Positions 28,789-38,541 of a DNA stretch of 64,000 bases are shown here, in pieces (the stretch's first letter is position 1; the number at the start of each line of letters is the position of its first letter). The translations under genes and the position numbers were made by a program. Where the stretch lies: positions 1 to 64,000 of the IMG/VR virus record IMGVR_UViG_3300015262_000001; one strand, given 5' to 3'. Under the pieces are notes generated by a model. It was given only the letters and a program-made list of their open reading frames with translations. It made no database searches and was not told the DNA's origin.

Positions 28789-30258
28789 TTAGTAAGTAGC
28801 CATCGAGTAATCAGCTACGCCGCCTGGTGCGCCTTGGCTCGTGCTAGGACGCATCATTTGTTGCAGCTGTTGTGGCATTACAGTCATGCCGTTTGGCAGC
28901 AGGATCATGCCGTTGGCCAATTGCTGACCGCCCATCATGTTCATACCGCCGCCCATGCCGCCCATGCCACCCATCATGTTCATACCACCCATGTTGTTAA
29001 GCATGCTGCTTTCGACACGACGCAGAAGGTTGCCGTGACGAGTGCACTGGTAGATGACCTGGTTGCCATTGTTGTTCATGGCGTAGTGGTTGACGTGGCC
29101 GGCCATGTAATCAATCTCGGTCTTGATGTAGTTATCGCCGTATTCCATTGCTGGAACAGTGGTGTCGAAACTACCGTCATTACCGCCAACAACGTTAGGC
29201 TGGTTATTACCGCCTTTATTGTTGTTATTACTGTTATTGTTGTTACCCTGGTTGTTGCCCTGGTTACGGTTACCACTACCGCTTACCGAGAACAGGTTGG
29301 TGTTGTTGCGCTGGTTACTGGTCTGCTGGACTTCTTCGTCCTGGGTGTTATGACTATTATAGTCAAGGGTTGGCACCTGACGATAGATTTCCGGCAGCTC
29401 GTCCAGATGCTCGTACCAGTTGGTGTCGATTGGGTAGACACCGGCCTTGTCGAAATCAGCACGGAAGGTGTTCTGGATACGGTTCAGCTGTTCAGCCAGC
29501 TCGTAGTAGCAACCCAGGTAAGCACACAGACGCGCTGCGACTTGACTGGTCGACTCGATCTCGAGGTCGTCAGGGGTTTCCACAATTGGCAGGATCTGCT
29601 GGAACAGGTGAGCTGCCAACTTCAATGCACCGATCGATACACTGAAACCATTCAGTTCAACGGTCTGGTTGTCAGACTGACCTTCCGAACGAGCCAGGCG
29701 CTTGATGATCTCGTTGTAGAACGGGAACACTGGCTTGGCTTTGTAGTAGACCTTCTCACCGGTCTTGCCACGGCCACCGCCTTTGGTGACCTTGATGTGA
29801 ATGAAACGGTTGTCGACGCCGTTGTCGTTGACTTCAACCTGCATTTGCTGAAAGAGTTTCTTCAGCTCGTCACGGTAGGTGCGCTTGGCAGCCTTCAGTG
29901 GCTCGAGCATGTCGAGGATGTTCTGGCGCCAGGCTTGCTTGGCGGTCTTGCCCGCCACACCAAAGATGATCGGCACGTATTCAGTGAACGTGGTCAGGAG
30001 CTTGAGTGTAGACAGGCGACGAATCACCTTGAACACTTCGGTTTCCTTCGAGGTCACGTTTTCACATGCCGGGTGGAAGAACACCTTGTCGATGCAGTTG
30101 CCGTCGAGGACTTCAGACAAAGGCAGATACATGTCCATGTCATCGATGCGGACCGGGATTTCATCACCATTGATAGACACCACAATGCGGGAGTCATCTT
30201 TGATTACGGAACCCCATGACATCAACATGGCTTTGTACAACTTGTTCAATTCATTCAT
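28789..30258 (-). CDS. Conserved core protein (phiKZ gp70-like) with an N/G/M/Q low-complexity C-terminus
   Basis: 489 aa, lying between the putative PicA gene and the RNAP beta gene; low-complexity tail read directly. Confidence 0.65.
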   Translation of the reverse strand: MNELNKLYKAMLMSWGSVIKDDSRIVVSINGDEIPVRIDDMDMYLPLSEVLDGNCIDKVFFHPACENVTSKETEVFKVIRRLSTLKLLTTFTEYVPIIFGVAGKTAKQAWRQNILDMLEPLKAAKRTYRDELKKLFQQMQVEVNDNGVDNRFIHIKVTKGGGRGKTGEKVYYKAKPVFPFYNEIIKRLARSEGQSDNQTVELNGFSVSIGALKLAAHLFQQILPIVETPDDLEIESTSQVAARLCAYLGCYYELAEQLNRIQNTFRADFDKAGVYPIDTNWYEHLDELPEIYRQVPTLDYNSHNTQDEEVQQTSNQRNNTNLFSVSGSGNRNQGNNQGNNNNSNNNNKGGNNQPNVVGGNDGSFDTTVPAMEYGDNYIKTEIDYMAGHVNHYAMNNNGNQVIYQCTRHGNLLRRVESSMLNNMGGMNMMGGMGGMGGGMNMMGGQQLANGMILLPNGMTVMPQQLQQMMRPSTSQGAPGGVADYSMATY

Positions 30259-30267
30259 GGCTGGTCC

Positions 30268-31704
30268 TTAGTTCTTTGTGAAGTATTCGGTGATGTTCGT
30301 CATGAAGTTTTGTGCTTCATGCAGGCCATCTGCGCTGTTAGTGATGTTGGTACTGGTCCGGTTTACCGCGTACGTAGCATTGGTGTACTTACGCTGTTTG
30401 TTCTCTTCGCCGTTGAAGAACACGGTAACGTCGGTTTCACCAAACAGGTGACAGCTGACCTGTACACTGATGATCGTCGAGGTGTGAGCGAACTGCGTCG
30501 AGTACTTGCTGAAGAACAACCCCCGCAGCATTTCCTTGAAGCGTTCAACCCGATTGATCGCGTATTCATCGTGGTCAAGTACCGAACCGAAAGTACCGGT
30601 CACAATCTCTACACCGGAATCCGAACCTTCCATACCGCTGAAGTGGTGTGGGTTGTTGGTGGCACTGAACACCAAGTGGGTCATGCCGCAACGGATCAGC
30701 ATGTGAACCGTCAGATACGCCAGCTCAGCTGCGATGGTCTCGTAGCTGTTAGCACCGCCATGCTCGTGAGAGATCAGCGTGTTATCCACGCCTACAGTGG
30801 CGTTAGGATCCAGCAAAGTGATGTTCATCACGTCTGGCAGGTTGGTAAAGACCGACATGATCTCCGCCATGCTCCAACCCATGAAGTTCGCCATGGAGAA
30901 GCTACCGTTGACCGACATCATGGTCTTGAAGAAGTCGTTGCTGGTCAGCGGTGCTTCACCGATACCAGGTCCGACCATTGCATCACCGATGGCGTTGGCA
31001 ATACCAGTGTACTGGCCTTCGGTGGTAGTAGCCGCTGCAATCTTGAGCAACTCACGTGCATGGTGAGTCGGGTTGAGGTTGTCGGTCTTCGACATCACTA
31101 CGTTCTGACGCAAGTCAGCCGCCAGAATGCCGTCGAACCCGTCGTTCATACCGTCAGCAGAACTGGCCATGTAACCCAGAACTTCCTGGGCCATGTCTAG
31201 CGGGCGTACCGACTTCAGTTCGTCACGACCAGTTGGGTCACCCATCAGGAACTGGTGAGAACCCGTGATGACCGTCGACGCCATAGGCAGACCCATGTTG
31301 TCAAACTTCTGCGTCGTGCGGGTATCCCAGCAGCGCACAGGTACAAACATGGTCTGAGGTTCAATACCCTCATGACTTGCCTGGCCACCAGTCATGTAAC
31401 CCAGTACCGCCAGCTCAGCTTGTTCAATCGAGTTGTTGGTAATAAGGAAGGTCAGCATGCCAAGACCGCGGCGGATGTTCCAGTCGTCTTCGATGTTGAC
31501 CGCACCGCTTGGACGAGTCGTCAGACCACCGGATTGAGCAGCAATAACGTTCAAGGTGTTAGGGGTTACACCACCTTGATGCTGCTCCATCTTGATGGTG
31601 TCGATGTTCATCGTGGACATGTCCAGGATGTTGTGGCGATGGACGTGTGTATGGTTTTGGTTGCCCATGCCGAAGATGGCTTTGGTTAGCGTAATTTCTG
31701 CCAT
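30268..31704 (-). CDS. picA: Putative phage-nucleus protein import factor PicA/Imp1 (phiKZ gp69-like)
   Basis: 478 aa, immediately downstream of the gp68-like gene as in phiKZ. The call rests on synteny and size, with no diagnostic motif. Confidence 0.6.
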   Translation of the reverse strand: MAEITLTKAIFGMGNQNHTHVHRHNILDMSTMNIDTIKMEQHQGGVTPNTLNVIAAQSGGLTTRPSGAVNIEDDWNIRRGLGMLTFLITNNSIEQAELAVLGYMTGGQASHEGIEPQTMFVPVRCWDTRTTQKFDNMGLPMASTVITGSHQFLMGDPTGRDELKSVRPLDMAQEVLGYMASSADGMNDGFDGILAADLRQNVVMSKTDNLNPTHHARELLKIAAATTTEGQYTGIANAIGDAMVGPGIGEAPLTSNDFFKTMMSVNGSFSMANFMGWSMAEIMSVFTNLPDVMNITLLDPNATVGVDNTLISHEHGGANSYETIAAELAYLTVHMLIRCGMTHLVFSATNNPHHFSGMEGSDSGVEIVTGTFGSVLDHDEYAINRVERFKEMLRGLFFSKYSTQFAHTSTIISVQVSCHLFGETDVTVFFNGEENKQRKYTNATYAVNRTSTNITNSADGLHEAQNFMTNITEYFTKN

Positions 31705-31736
31705 GTTGCTTTAACCTCGAAGATAGTTCAGTTTGC

Positions 31737-33296
31737 TTAGGCGTTTACTTTACGGTTCAACGCCATGAATTCGTTTTTGACTTCTACGCTGATTTCCAGA
31801 GCAAAGAGTTTACCCTGACCGACCAACGCATAAATCTCTGGTGTGTCCAATACCCCATATTCCAGATTGGACTGCCAGATACCGCGACCGAACTTTTCAA
31901 GGAACGATTGTGCGGCTTGTATCGCTTCGTTAAACGAGCGACCTTCGTTATTGCGTGTTTGGATTTCGCAGATAGACGCCAGGAACTCGCGATCCGTTTC
32001 GCTCAGCTGGAATCCATCTGGTAGCGACAGTTCACCGTTAGGATCCTTGATCGCACCAATAACCGACGGCAAGTACTTGTAACCTTGCTCATGCAGTCGT
32101 ACCTGTGCAATACAGATCGCCGCCATCAATTGATCATAGCCGGCCGCTTCGAAAGTGAACGGTGACACCTCGAAAGCAAACGTCAATTGTAGCAACTTGA
32201 GGATGTGATCTTCCAACTCGAAGTCCCAATGCGGGGACAGGTTGTCGTAGATCCTTTCCACCAACGCGACGTTCTTTACACCCAATGCCTCACAGGTGTA
32301 GCGGAAGCGATCCTTATAACGAGGATTGTCTTCTTCGTCGAACAGAGTAAAGCTAAAGAACTCAGCCGATACCGTGTCGTCAGTAGACCGTACTTCCTCG
32401 CTGATCTGGTGCTTGTCCAGCATCGAGCGCTTATCGTCATCCGATTCGCTTGGGTAATCCCGTTGTGTGAAGTTACCGCCCAGCGACTCGTGTTGCTTAA
32501 CCGAGGCATTGATAGCGGTGGCGATGTTCTTGCCTTCTTCAGTTTCAGGAATAGCCGCACAACATAGACGATTGAACACCGTGTTAAAAAGTACTTTATC
32601 GACAAAGTTCTCAACACTCGTTACGCTGTCAGGCTGGGTAGGAATGCCACGCTTGTCGAAAGCGAACTTGACATAACCAGTCAGCTTGTGCCAACCAGGC
32701 AGCTGGGTGATCCACGGATTATCCTTGATCAGGTTACCGCATGCCAGATCGCTGAAACCACCACTGCCCATGACGTTTTCGAATCGAGCTTGCAGACCAA
32801 AGATGATCGGATAGATGACACGCGCCACGAATGCCAGTTTTACCTGCTCTTCATAGTCGCGATCAGTGATAGTGGTTTCTTTCGGGTAATCACCTTTACT
32901 CGCTGCTTCACTCAGATCTTTGGGGATCTTCATGTACTTGGAGTAGTGGATAAACGAGCAGTACTTCGGCACGTTGATGAAATCGAGAATCTCGTCGGTG
33001 ATGGGTTTCAGTTGAGCCAGATCTTCATTATAATCCAGGAACTTACCGCTCTCAACAATCACGTACGCACGGTTGTACAGATCAAACAGATATTTCTGCT
33101 GATCGTGATCCATAGTGCCTTCAATGTAATCATTGAGGCAGTCGAACAGGTTGTAGGTGGCATCGCTACGATCCTTGATCGTGCGTTCCAGTTTGATAGC
33201 CGCTTCGCCATTGAACTTAATAATCTGATCGTTGAACGTGATCAGGATCCCTTCGAACTTCTTGCTGGAGGTTCGGCGTATCGCAAACTCAAGCAT
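31737..33296 (-). CDS. Non-virion RNAP fifth, sigma-like subunit (phiKZ gp68-like)
   Basis: 519 aa, helical, at the expected position in the gp67-68-69-70-71 core block; preceded by the early promoter motif. Confidence 0.7.
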   Translation of the reverse strand: MLEFAIRRTSSKKFEGILITFNDQIIKFNGEAAIKLERTIKDRSDATYNLFDCLNDYIEGTMDHDQQKYLFDLYNRAYVIVESGKFLDYNEDLAQLKPITDEILDFINVPKYCSFIHYSKYMKIPKDLSEAASKGDYPKETTITDRDYEEQVKLAFVARVIYPIIFGLQARFENVMGSGGFSDLACGNLIKDNPWITQLPGWHKLTGYVKFAFDKRGIPTQPDSVTSVENFVDKVLFNTVFNRLCCAAIPETEEGKNIATAINASVKQHESLGGNFTQRDYPSESDDDKRSMLDKHQISEEVRSTDDTVSAEFFSFTLFDEEDNPRYKDRFRYTCEALGVKNVALVERIYDNLSPHWDFELEDHILKLLQLTFAFEVSPFTFEAAGYDQLMAAICIAQVRLHEQGYKYLPSVIGAIKDPNGELSLPDGFQLSETDREFLASICEIQTRNNEGRSFNEAIQAAQSFLEKFGRGIWQSNLEYGVLDTPEIYALVGQGKLFALEISVEVKNEFMALNRKVNA

Positions 33297-33333
33297 GTCA
33301 CTAACTCCAAACAGTAATGTCGTCTACAAGGGA

Positions 33334-33351
33334 ATAATGTAGGTTTTAAAT
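33334..33351 (-). promoter_or_regulatory. Early (virion RNAP) promoter motif
   Basis: Minus strand ATTTAAAACCTACATTAT, 38 nt upstream of the gp68-like gene; near-identical copies lie before chmA, phuZ and the HslV-like pair. Confidence 0.7.
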
Positions 33352-33359
33352 CTTCTTAC

Positions 33360-33725
33360 CTATACCGATTTAAGCTTACCGCGTTCTTTAACCATCTCGT
33401 GCAGTTGGTACGACAGCGATCCGATTAAACCCGCTCCGGTTTCGTCGGCAAAGGGATTAGGGGTAAAGTCTGATACAATCATGCATTGTTCAATATTGTT
33501 TCTACCAAAGTCACGCAATTTAAACGTGCCCAATTTAAATGCGCGGCTATTGCCGTAAATCTCGAGTGCGCATGACCACACGCATTTAGTCTCGTTGCTT
33601 TCAACTTTAACCACGACAACCTTGCAAGAACCGGTTAGTCCCTCTCCATCTAAGACCAATTCAAACTTTCGAGGCAGTTTATCCCAGGCTGCACGATTGG
33701 TCAGATTGTTTGTCTTTCTTTTCAT
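33360..33725 (-). CDS. Hypothetical accessory protein
   Basis: GAGG SD before the ATG at 33725; AT-rich compared with the core neighbours. Confidence 0.65.
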   Translation of the reverse strand: MKRKTNNLTNRAAWDKLPRKFELVLDGEGLTGSCKVVVVKVESNETKCVWSCALEIYGNSRAFKLGTFKLRDFGRNNIEQCMIVSDFTPNPFADETGAGLIGSLSYQLHEMVKERGKLKSV

Positions 33726-33806
33726 AGCCACCTCTAAAAACAGCTATCAGCCATAGGGTTTGGCAGAGCAGAGGATTACCCTCCGCTCTTATCAGCATTT
33801 GGACGA

Positions 33807-34541
33807 TTAGAAGTCGTCGTCGAAGGAGTCAGTCGAGCTGCTCGAATCGTTAGAGCTGTTGAAGTCATTGTTACGACCGCCACCGTTGTTGCCGTTGCCG
33901 CCACCAGCTGCATCACCACGTGGCTTCGGCGGTTCCCAGCCTTCGAGTTCCATACGTTCCAGCACTGGCTTCAAGAAGCTAACCCAGTGACGCACGGCCC
34001 AACGGGACATGATACCTTTGTCTTCGACCACTTCACCAGCGGCGTTGCGCATCATCACGGTCATGCTGCGAGGACCCTTGAAGCGGATCAGCGCCTTGTA
34101 GTCACCCTTGCTGTAGCCCAGGGTGATCTCACCGTTGTCTTCACGGGTGATGGTGAAATTGCACTGCACGACTGGCTTGTCGGACATGCGACCAGAACCG
34201 CCCTGGAAGACGAACTGGTGACGAGCCGGTACAACTTTGGCTGCTTTGAAGTTCGGATTGCCCGCTACGTCTGCTGCGTCTTTCAGCGCTTCGAAGAGCT
34301 GGCCGCGGTCGTACGCATCGAGCTCAACTTCTTTGTGAGTTGACTTGCCTTCGGAGAACACGCCATCGTTGATCTTCAACACGATCTGGCCGGTGATCTT
34401 CTGTTCGAACATCAGTTGAGCTGGGTACTTACCACCGTTGATCGGAGCGTCCGTTGCAGGATGTGCCTGACGATAGTCGTTCAGAAACGTCTTCTTCCGC
34501 TTCTGACCGCTGGGTGCACCATTTTGGCGTTGTGGTTGCAT
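33807..34541 (-). CDS. chmC: Putative ChmC, a Whirly-fold nucleic-acid-binding protein of the phage nucleus (phiKZ gp67-like)
   Basis: 244 aa with two beta-beta-beta-helix repeats and a G/N/S-rich acidic tail; position just upstream of the gp68-like gene. Confidence 0.55.
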   Translation of the reverse strand: MQPQRQNGAPSGQKRKKTFLNDYRQAHPATDAPINGGKYPAQLMFEQKITGQIVLKINDGVFSEGKSTHKEVELDAYDRGQLFEALKDAADVAGNPNFKAAKVVPARHQFVFQGGSGRMSDKPVVQCNFTITREDNGEITLGYSKGDYKALIRFKGPRSMTVMMRNAAGEVVEDKGIMSRWAVRHWVSFLKPVLERMELEGWEPPKPRGDAAGGGNGNNGGGRNNDFNSSNDSSSSTDSFDDDF

Positions 34542-34613
34542 AGTAGTTCTGCCTTCTTGTTCAAGCTTGGGAAATAGGTGATTTGAGTCTATATGAATGG
34601 TGACTCTGTGATA

Positions 34614-35408
34614 TTAAAGCATCATTAACAGACCTGCTCGGTCAACGGGATTATCCATTCCTGCGATACTGTTCCTTACACGACTCATAGACGTGGCCGA
34701 AGTCCAGTTACTATCCAGGGCAAGCTTCTTCACCAGATCTTTAATCGCCTTGGAAGACGACTTAAAGTTAGTAGAGCGATCGCCAAAGATTTGAATGGTG
34801 AGGTGGTTAAACGGCATGTAATGCAGTTCGTCACCGCCAGTCAATTTGGTGTACCAGGTCGTGAAGGGTTTTAATACCCCGGTGTAAGATTCCAAGAGGA
34901 AGAGACGACCTATACCTCTCGCATCTGCCAGGTCGACCACGTGGTGAGTCATGACAATGCCATTCCCCTTAAAATCAGGCATGCCAACATCAGTGGCCAC
35001 CAGGATCTTGGAATGCTTCTCCATTAATCCATCTGCTACGTCCTTAGTAAGCTTGGCAAACTTCTTCTGCTTCTCTGTACCGGTGTTGATAAAGTCGGTA
35101 AGATCCGCATACTTATATTTGCTTTTCAAACTCCTGTACGACGGGTAGTAGACCACCATCGAGATAGGTTTGCCTTTGCGCAACCCTTCCAGATACTGGC
35201 CTAACTTGACGAGGTCTTCTTCAACGTCTTTGATCAGGGTCTTAACATCGTCAGCCCCTGCGTCATCTTTCTCGTAAGCTGCATGAGCGTTACGAATCAA
35301 AGTCCTGAGATTGAACAGCAGGGTATCCGCAGAACGGATTGCATCCCCACCGAGTTCTAATGCCAGTGAAGTCCCCACCGACATGCCTAACGCACCCAGT
35401 GCTCTCAT
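34614..35408 (-). CDS. Conserved hypothetical core protein (possible PIN/5'-nuclease-like fold)
   Basis: 264 aa, coupled to sbcD by a 4-nt overlap; DTLLFNLRTLIRN. The fold is a guess. Confidence 0.55.
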   Translation of the reverse strand: MRALGALGMSVGTSLALELGGDAIRSADTLLFNLRTLIRNAHAAYEKDDAGADDVKTLIKDVEEDLVKLGQYLEGLRKGKPISMVVYYPSYRSLKSKYKYADLTDFINTGTEKQKKFAKLTKDVADGLMEKHSKILVATDVGMPDFKGNGIVMTHHVVDLADARGIGRLFLLESYTGVLKPFTTWYTKLTGGDELHYMPFNHLTIQIFGDRSTNFKSSSKAIKDLVKKLALDSNWTSATSMSRVRNSIAGMDNPVDRAGLLMML

Positions 35409-36526
35409 TTGAACTCCTCCAACACCTCGAACGCCTCTTCCAGATCTATCCCCAACTCTAAGAAACGAGCAGAGACTTCTGGCATGAGAGAATCGTTCAA
35501 GTTATCTTTAGTTAATGAAACCCCTTCATAGACCTTAGCATCAAACAAAGTCTCGTCAACACTGACGCCTTTCTCGACTTCGTTCTCAGCCTTAAAGCCA
35601 ATCATGGGGTAGTCTTTTTTCATGACTTCAACGATCGGGTTAACGATCTCAGCCTGACCACCTTTTACACGGATCTGTGAGAAGGGTGGTAACTTGCGAG
35701 CTGCGATAAACGTGTGAACATCTTTAATCAGTTGCTCAGCGGTTATATCGGATGCCACATGCATGGTGAGGAAAGGCAAAGCATTCTTGTTTTCCCAGAA
35801 CACCGGAGCGAAGATGTTCTTCTTTTTATCCAGGTCCACCACATAACCGCCCTTGGGATGTTCTTCGCCATGAGCTGTACGGTCAAACGAACCAGAGGTA
35901 TACAGTTTGCCTTTCTGTACTGGCTTGTGTATATGCCCCGCAAAGATACCGTACCTGACAATAGTTTCCCATCGTTCCAGCAGGTGTGCATTCTTCTGGG
36001 CTTGAGCATGTAACTGAAAGGTAAAGCCGCCATGGAAGAAGATCAGATCGACCTTATCCACGTCGTTAGCCTTCAAGACCTGGAGCGCCCGCTCCCAGAT
36101 CTCATCCGGCGTCATCTTGCCCATGTTGTCTGGAACAAACATCACGGACAGATCGTCTAGCTTGTGGAACACCTCAATCGACAACGTGTCAATGTACCGA
36201 ACATCCATGCCTCGTGGTGCGAGGTTTACAAAGTGTTTGGGTTGCTTGTTGTCGTGAGAGGACGTGCCTTCCAGCCAGATAGCGATCAAGTCTGGATTGG
36301 CATCGTGAGCTGAGTGCAGGAAGTTACGCCCCCAGGTCTTGACCTTGAACATATCTTCGTTAGGGGACTCAACCATGCGTTCCATGAAGTCACCCCCGAA
36401 CATAACCATGCCTACCTTAGACAGATCGTTTTCCTTTAACAGGAAGCGATCAAGGTTCGGTAAGATATGTGCAGTCGGGGTTACGGGGTGTAGAGTGTGT
36501 TGATCAGAAGTCCATAGAAAACGCAC
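35405..36526 (-). CDS. sbcD: SbcD/Mre11-type metallophosphoesterase nuclease
   Basis: Motifs SDQH, GGDF, GTSSHD, FFHG, GHIH and YTSGSF. Confidence 0.9.
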   Translation of the reverse strand: MRFLWTSDQHTLHPVTPTAHILPNLDRFLLKENDLSKVGMVMFGGDFMERMVESPNEDMFKVKTWGRNFLHSAHDANPDLIAIWLEGTSSHDNKQPKHFVNLAPRGMDVRYIDTLSIEVFHKLDDLSVMFVPDNMGKMTPDEIWERALQVLKANDVDKVDLIFFHGGFTFQLHAQAQKNAHLLERWETIVRYGIFAGHIHKPVQKGKLYTSGSFDRTAHGEEHPKGGYVVDLDKKKNIFAPVFWENKNALPFLTMHVASDITAEQLIKDVHTFIAARKLPPFSQIRVKGGQAEIVNPIVEVMKKDYPMIGFKAENEVEKGVSVDETLFDAKVYEGVSLTKDNLNDSLMPEVSARFLELGIDLEEAFEVLEEFK

Positions 36527-36547
36527 TTATAAATCCCCTAATGATTG

Positions 36548-37351
36548 TTAGCACTCCAGCGGATCGGTTGGTGTTTCCTTCCCCTTGGAGTTGACACCGC
36601 TGACAGTGACGCGCTCGTAGCCACCCTTGATGCCCTTGATGGACTCTTCATTGAAGGCGAACTCGGTGTTGCCAGTCATCAGACGGTTTACTTCACCAAC
36701 CTGTTGCTTGGTAACCGGCTCTTTGCGATGGTTTGCATAGAGAATAGGACGGATCGCGTTGATCTCTTTGATGTCCCGGCTGTTGTTGTTCAGATTGTCC
36801 TTGATGTAGTAGATTTGTTTCTCTACTTCAGGGATAACACCGTGCTTGAGGTAGAACTCAGGCGCGATCATCTCGGTAAGCGTAACACGCTTCTTACCGT
36901 CCAGTGCCTTGGTCAGTGCCTTGGCCAGACCGAGGTTGGCGTTTGGATCGTTCTTCTTCATGGTGTCGGCGCTGTGGCTGTGCATCATCCGACTGGCCTG
37001 CTCCATCATCTGATACTCGCGCGGAGTCAGGTTGTGGTTGATCATCGGCGCAATGATCAATACTGGTTTGTGATCGTCATCCACGATCATTACAGCGCGA
37101 GTACCGTTGGCACTGATCTGGAACCACTCATTGACCTTGAAGTAGTTCTTGCCGAGGTCGTTACCGATAGCGAAGGGCATCAGCCAGTCGCGCACGAATT
37201 CCTTCTCATAGAGCACGGTAGCCACGCTGAAGGGCACTTCACCGTCACTCATCATCAACTTGCCGTTGATGTTCTGCACTTTGACGTTATCAAGAAAGGC
37301 AAAATCTTCCTTGAGAATATCTTCGCGATCCTGCTTTGTCATCTGACTCAT
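36548..37351 (-). CDS. Conserved hypothetical core protein
   Basis: 267 aa, 4-nt overlap with the upstream gene. Confidence 0.75.
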   Translation of the reverse strand: MSQMTKQDREDILKEDFAFLDNVKVQNINGKLMMSDGEVPFSVATVLYEKEFVRDWLMPFAIGNDLGKNYFKVNEWFQISANGTRAVMIVDDDHKPVLIIAPMINHNLTPREYQMMEQASRMMHSHSADTMKKNDPNANLGLAKALTKALDGKKRVTLTEMIAPEFYLKHGVIPEVEKQIYYIKDNLNNNSRDIKEINAIRPILYANHRKEPVTKQQVGEVNRLMTGNTEFAFNEESIKGIKGGYERVTVSGVNSKGKETPTDPLEC

Positions 37352-37755
37352 TGACCCAACCTCGCCTTATCCAACACTTGATAGAGACTGCCTGTCACCA
37401 ATACAACTTCAGACAGATCATAAGACACACCGTCTACAATCGCTCGAGCTGAGAGTAATAGATGGTAGTTATTTAGTTCGTTTTGTACAACTTGCTTTTG
37501 CACCAGCACTTCGCACTGTGGGAACAGTTCTTTCATGTAGGCTTCGAATTCTTGTTGCGTTCGTTCCATCATGGTTTCTGGCGTCGTACCATGGGTAGCC
37601 CAGAGAAAATAAAAACTGGGGACTTGACCAACGACTTTACCTTGGTCTCGACGCGAGGTAAACCAGTACATGAAATGCAACGCCATGGCTTCCTGAGGGG
37701 ACTTAACTTCCCAACCTGAACGCGTTGACATAGTAGCTACACAAAAATCGCTCAT
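37348..37755 (-). CDS. Conserved hypothetical core protein
   Basis: 135 aa, GGAAG upstream. Confidence 0.7.
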   Translation of the reverse strand: MSDFCVATMSTRSGWEVKSPQEAMALHFMYWFTSRRDQGKVVGQVPSFYFLWATHGTTPETMMERTQQEFEAYMKELFPQCEVLVQKQVVQNELNNYHLLLSARAIVDGVSYDLSEVVLVTGSLYQVLDKARLGQ

Positions 37756-37832
37756 ACCGTCTTCCTTTATAGAAATGCCCTCTATAAGAATAAACTTACA
37801 GTTAACGCTGTAAGATAGCGTATAGCAAAAAA

Positions 37833-37867
37833 ATAAAGCAGGAAGGGTGTTACCCCCTCCTGTTTAT
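37833..37867 (-). terminator. Terminator of the GGGTGTTACCC-loop family
   Basis: CAGGA...GGG-TGTTA-CCC...TCCTG stem, followed by TTTATTTTTTT on the minus strand. Confidence 0.75.
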
Positions 37868-37877
37868 CTAAACGGTG

Positions 37878-38519
37878 TTATTCGTCGTCTGAGGGCGTTA
37901 CAGCACCCTTCAACGCCTTGTTGGTTTCACTGGTAATATCGAACAAACCTTTAGTCCGATGATAGCCAACAGCAGTCCAAGTTTTCTGCACATCGACACG
38001 CTCACGGAATGACAGCCCACCACCAGAACTTTCCAGATAGTGCGCATGCTTCAACCGAGTAACGTCGTCTTTGGTTTCCAAATGCAGCAAACCGTTCATT
38101 GCCCGACGCCAGAAAATGTTCTCCTGACCGATACCAACGTTGAGCGGACTGAAGACGCCATCATAACCACTGATCTTCTCATCCAGGTAATCCTGGTGCA
38201 GTCCTTCGTGGGCCATAATGTAATCGCGCATGAAACCTTGAGCGCCTTGCAGACCAGCCACAGAACCCAGATAACCGACCTCAAACCGTCCGACGTAATC
38301 GCCGTCCGACTTACCCAACAGTCGCTTACCCATTTCCCATGCACGCGATGTCATGTAGCTGTTAAACCCTTCCAACGCATTTGTAGCTTGCTGTGCCAAC
38401 CAACCGCCGGCTTGTTGAAACGCCTGAGTAGAATTGTTCACATAATCGGCGTACTTCTGCATCTGATTCTCGGTATAACTACCCGAGACCGCGTAGCTAA
38501 ATGCATGAGCACTATTCAT
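37878..38519 (-). CDS. Conserved hypothetical core protein downstream of the nvRNAP beta' N subunit
   Basis: 213 aa, GAGG SD. Confidence 0.75.
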   Translation of the reverse strand: MNSAHAFSYAVSGSYTENQMQKYADYVNNSTQAFQQAGGWLAQQATNALEGFNSYMTSRAWEMGKRLLGKSDGDYVGRFEVGYLGSVAGLQGAQGFMRDYIMAHEGLHQDYLDEKISGYDGVFSPLNVGIGQENIFWRRAMNGLLHLETKDDVTRLKHAHYLESSGGGLSFRERVDVQKTWTAVGYHRTKGLFDITSETNKALKGAVTPSDDE

Positions 38520-38541
38520 CTTGTTTACCTCTTAGCCTGGG

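Noticed and set aside
28940-29010. GGM repeats as a sign of a GroEL-like chaperonin
   Set aside because: The rest of the protein has no GroEL motifs; treated as low complexity only.
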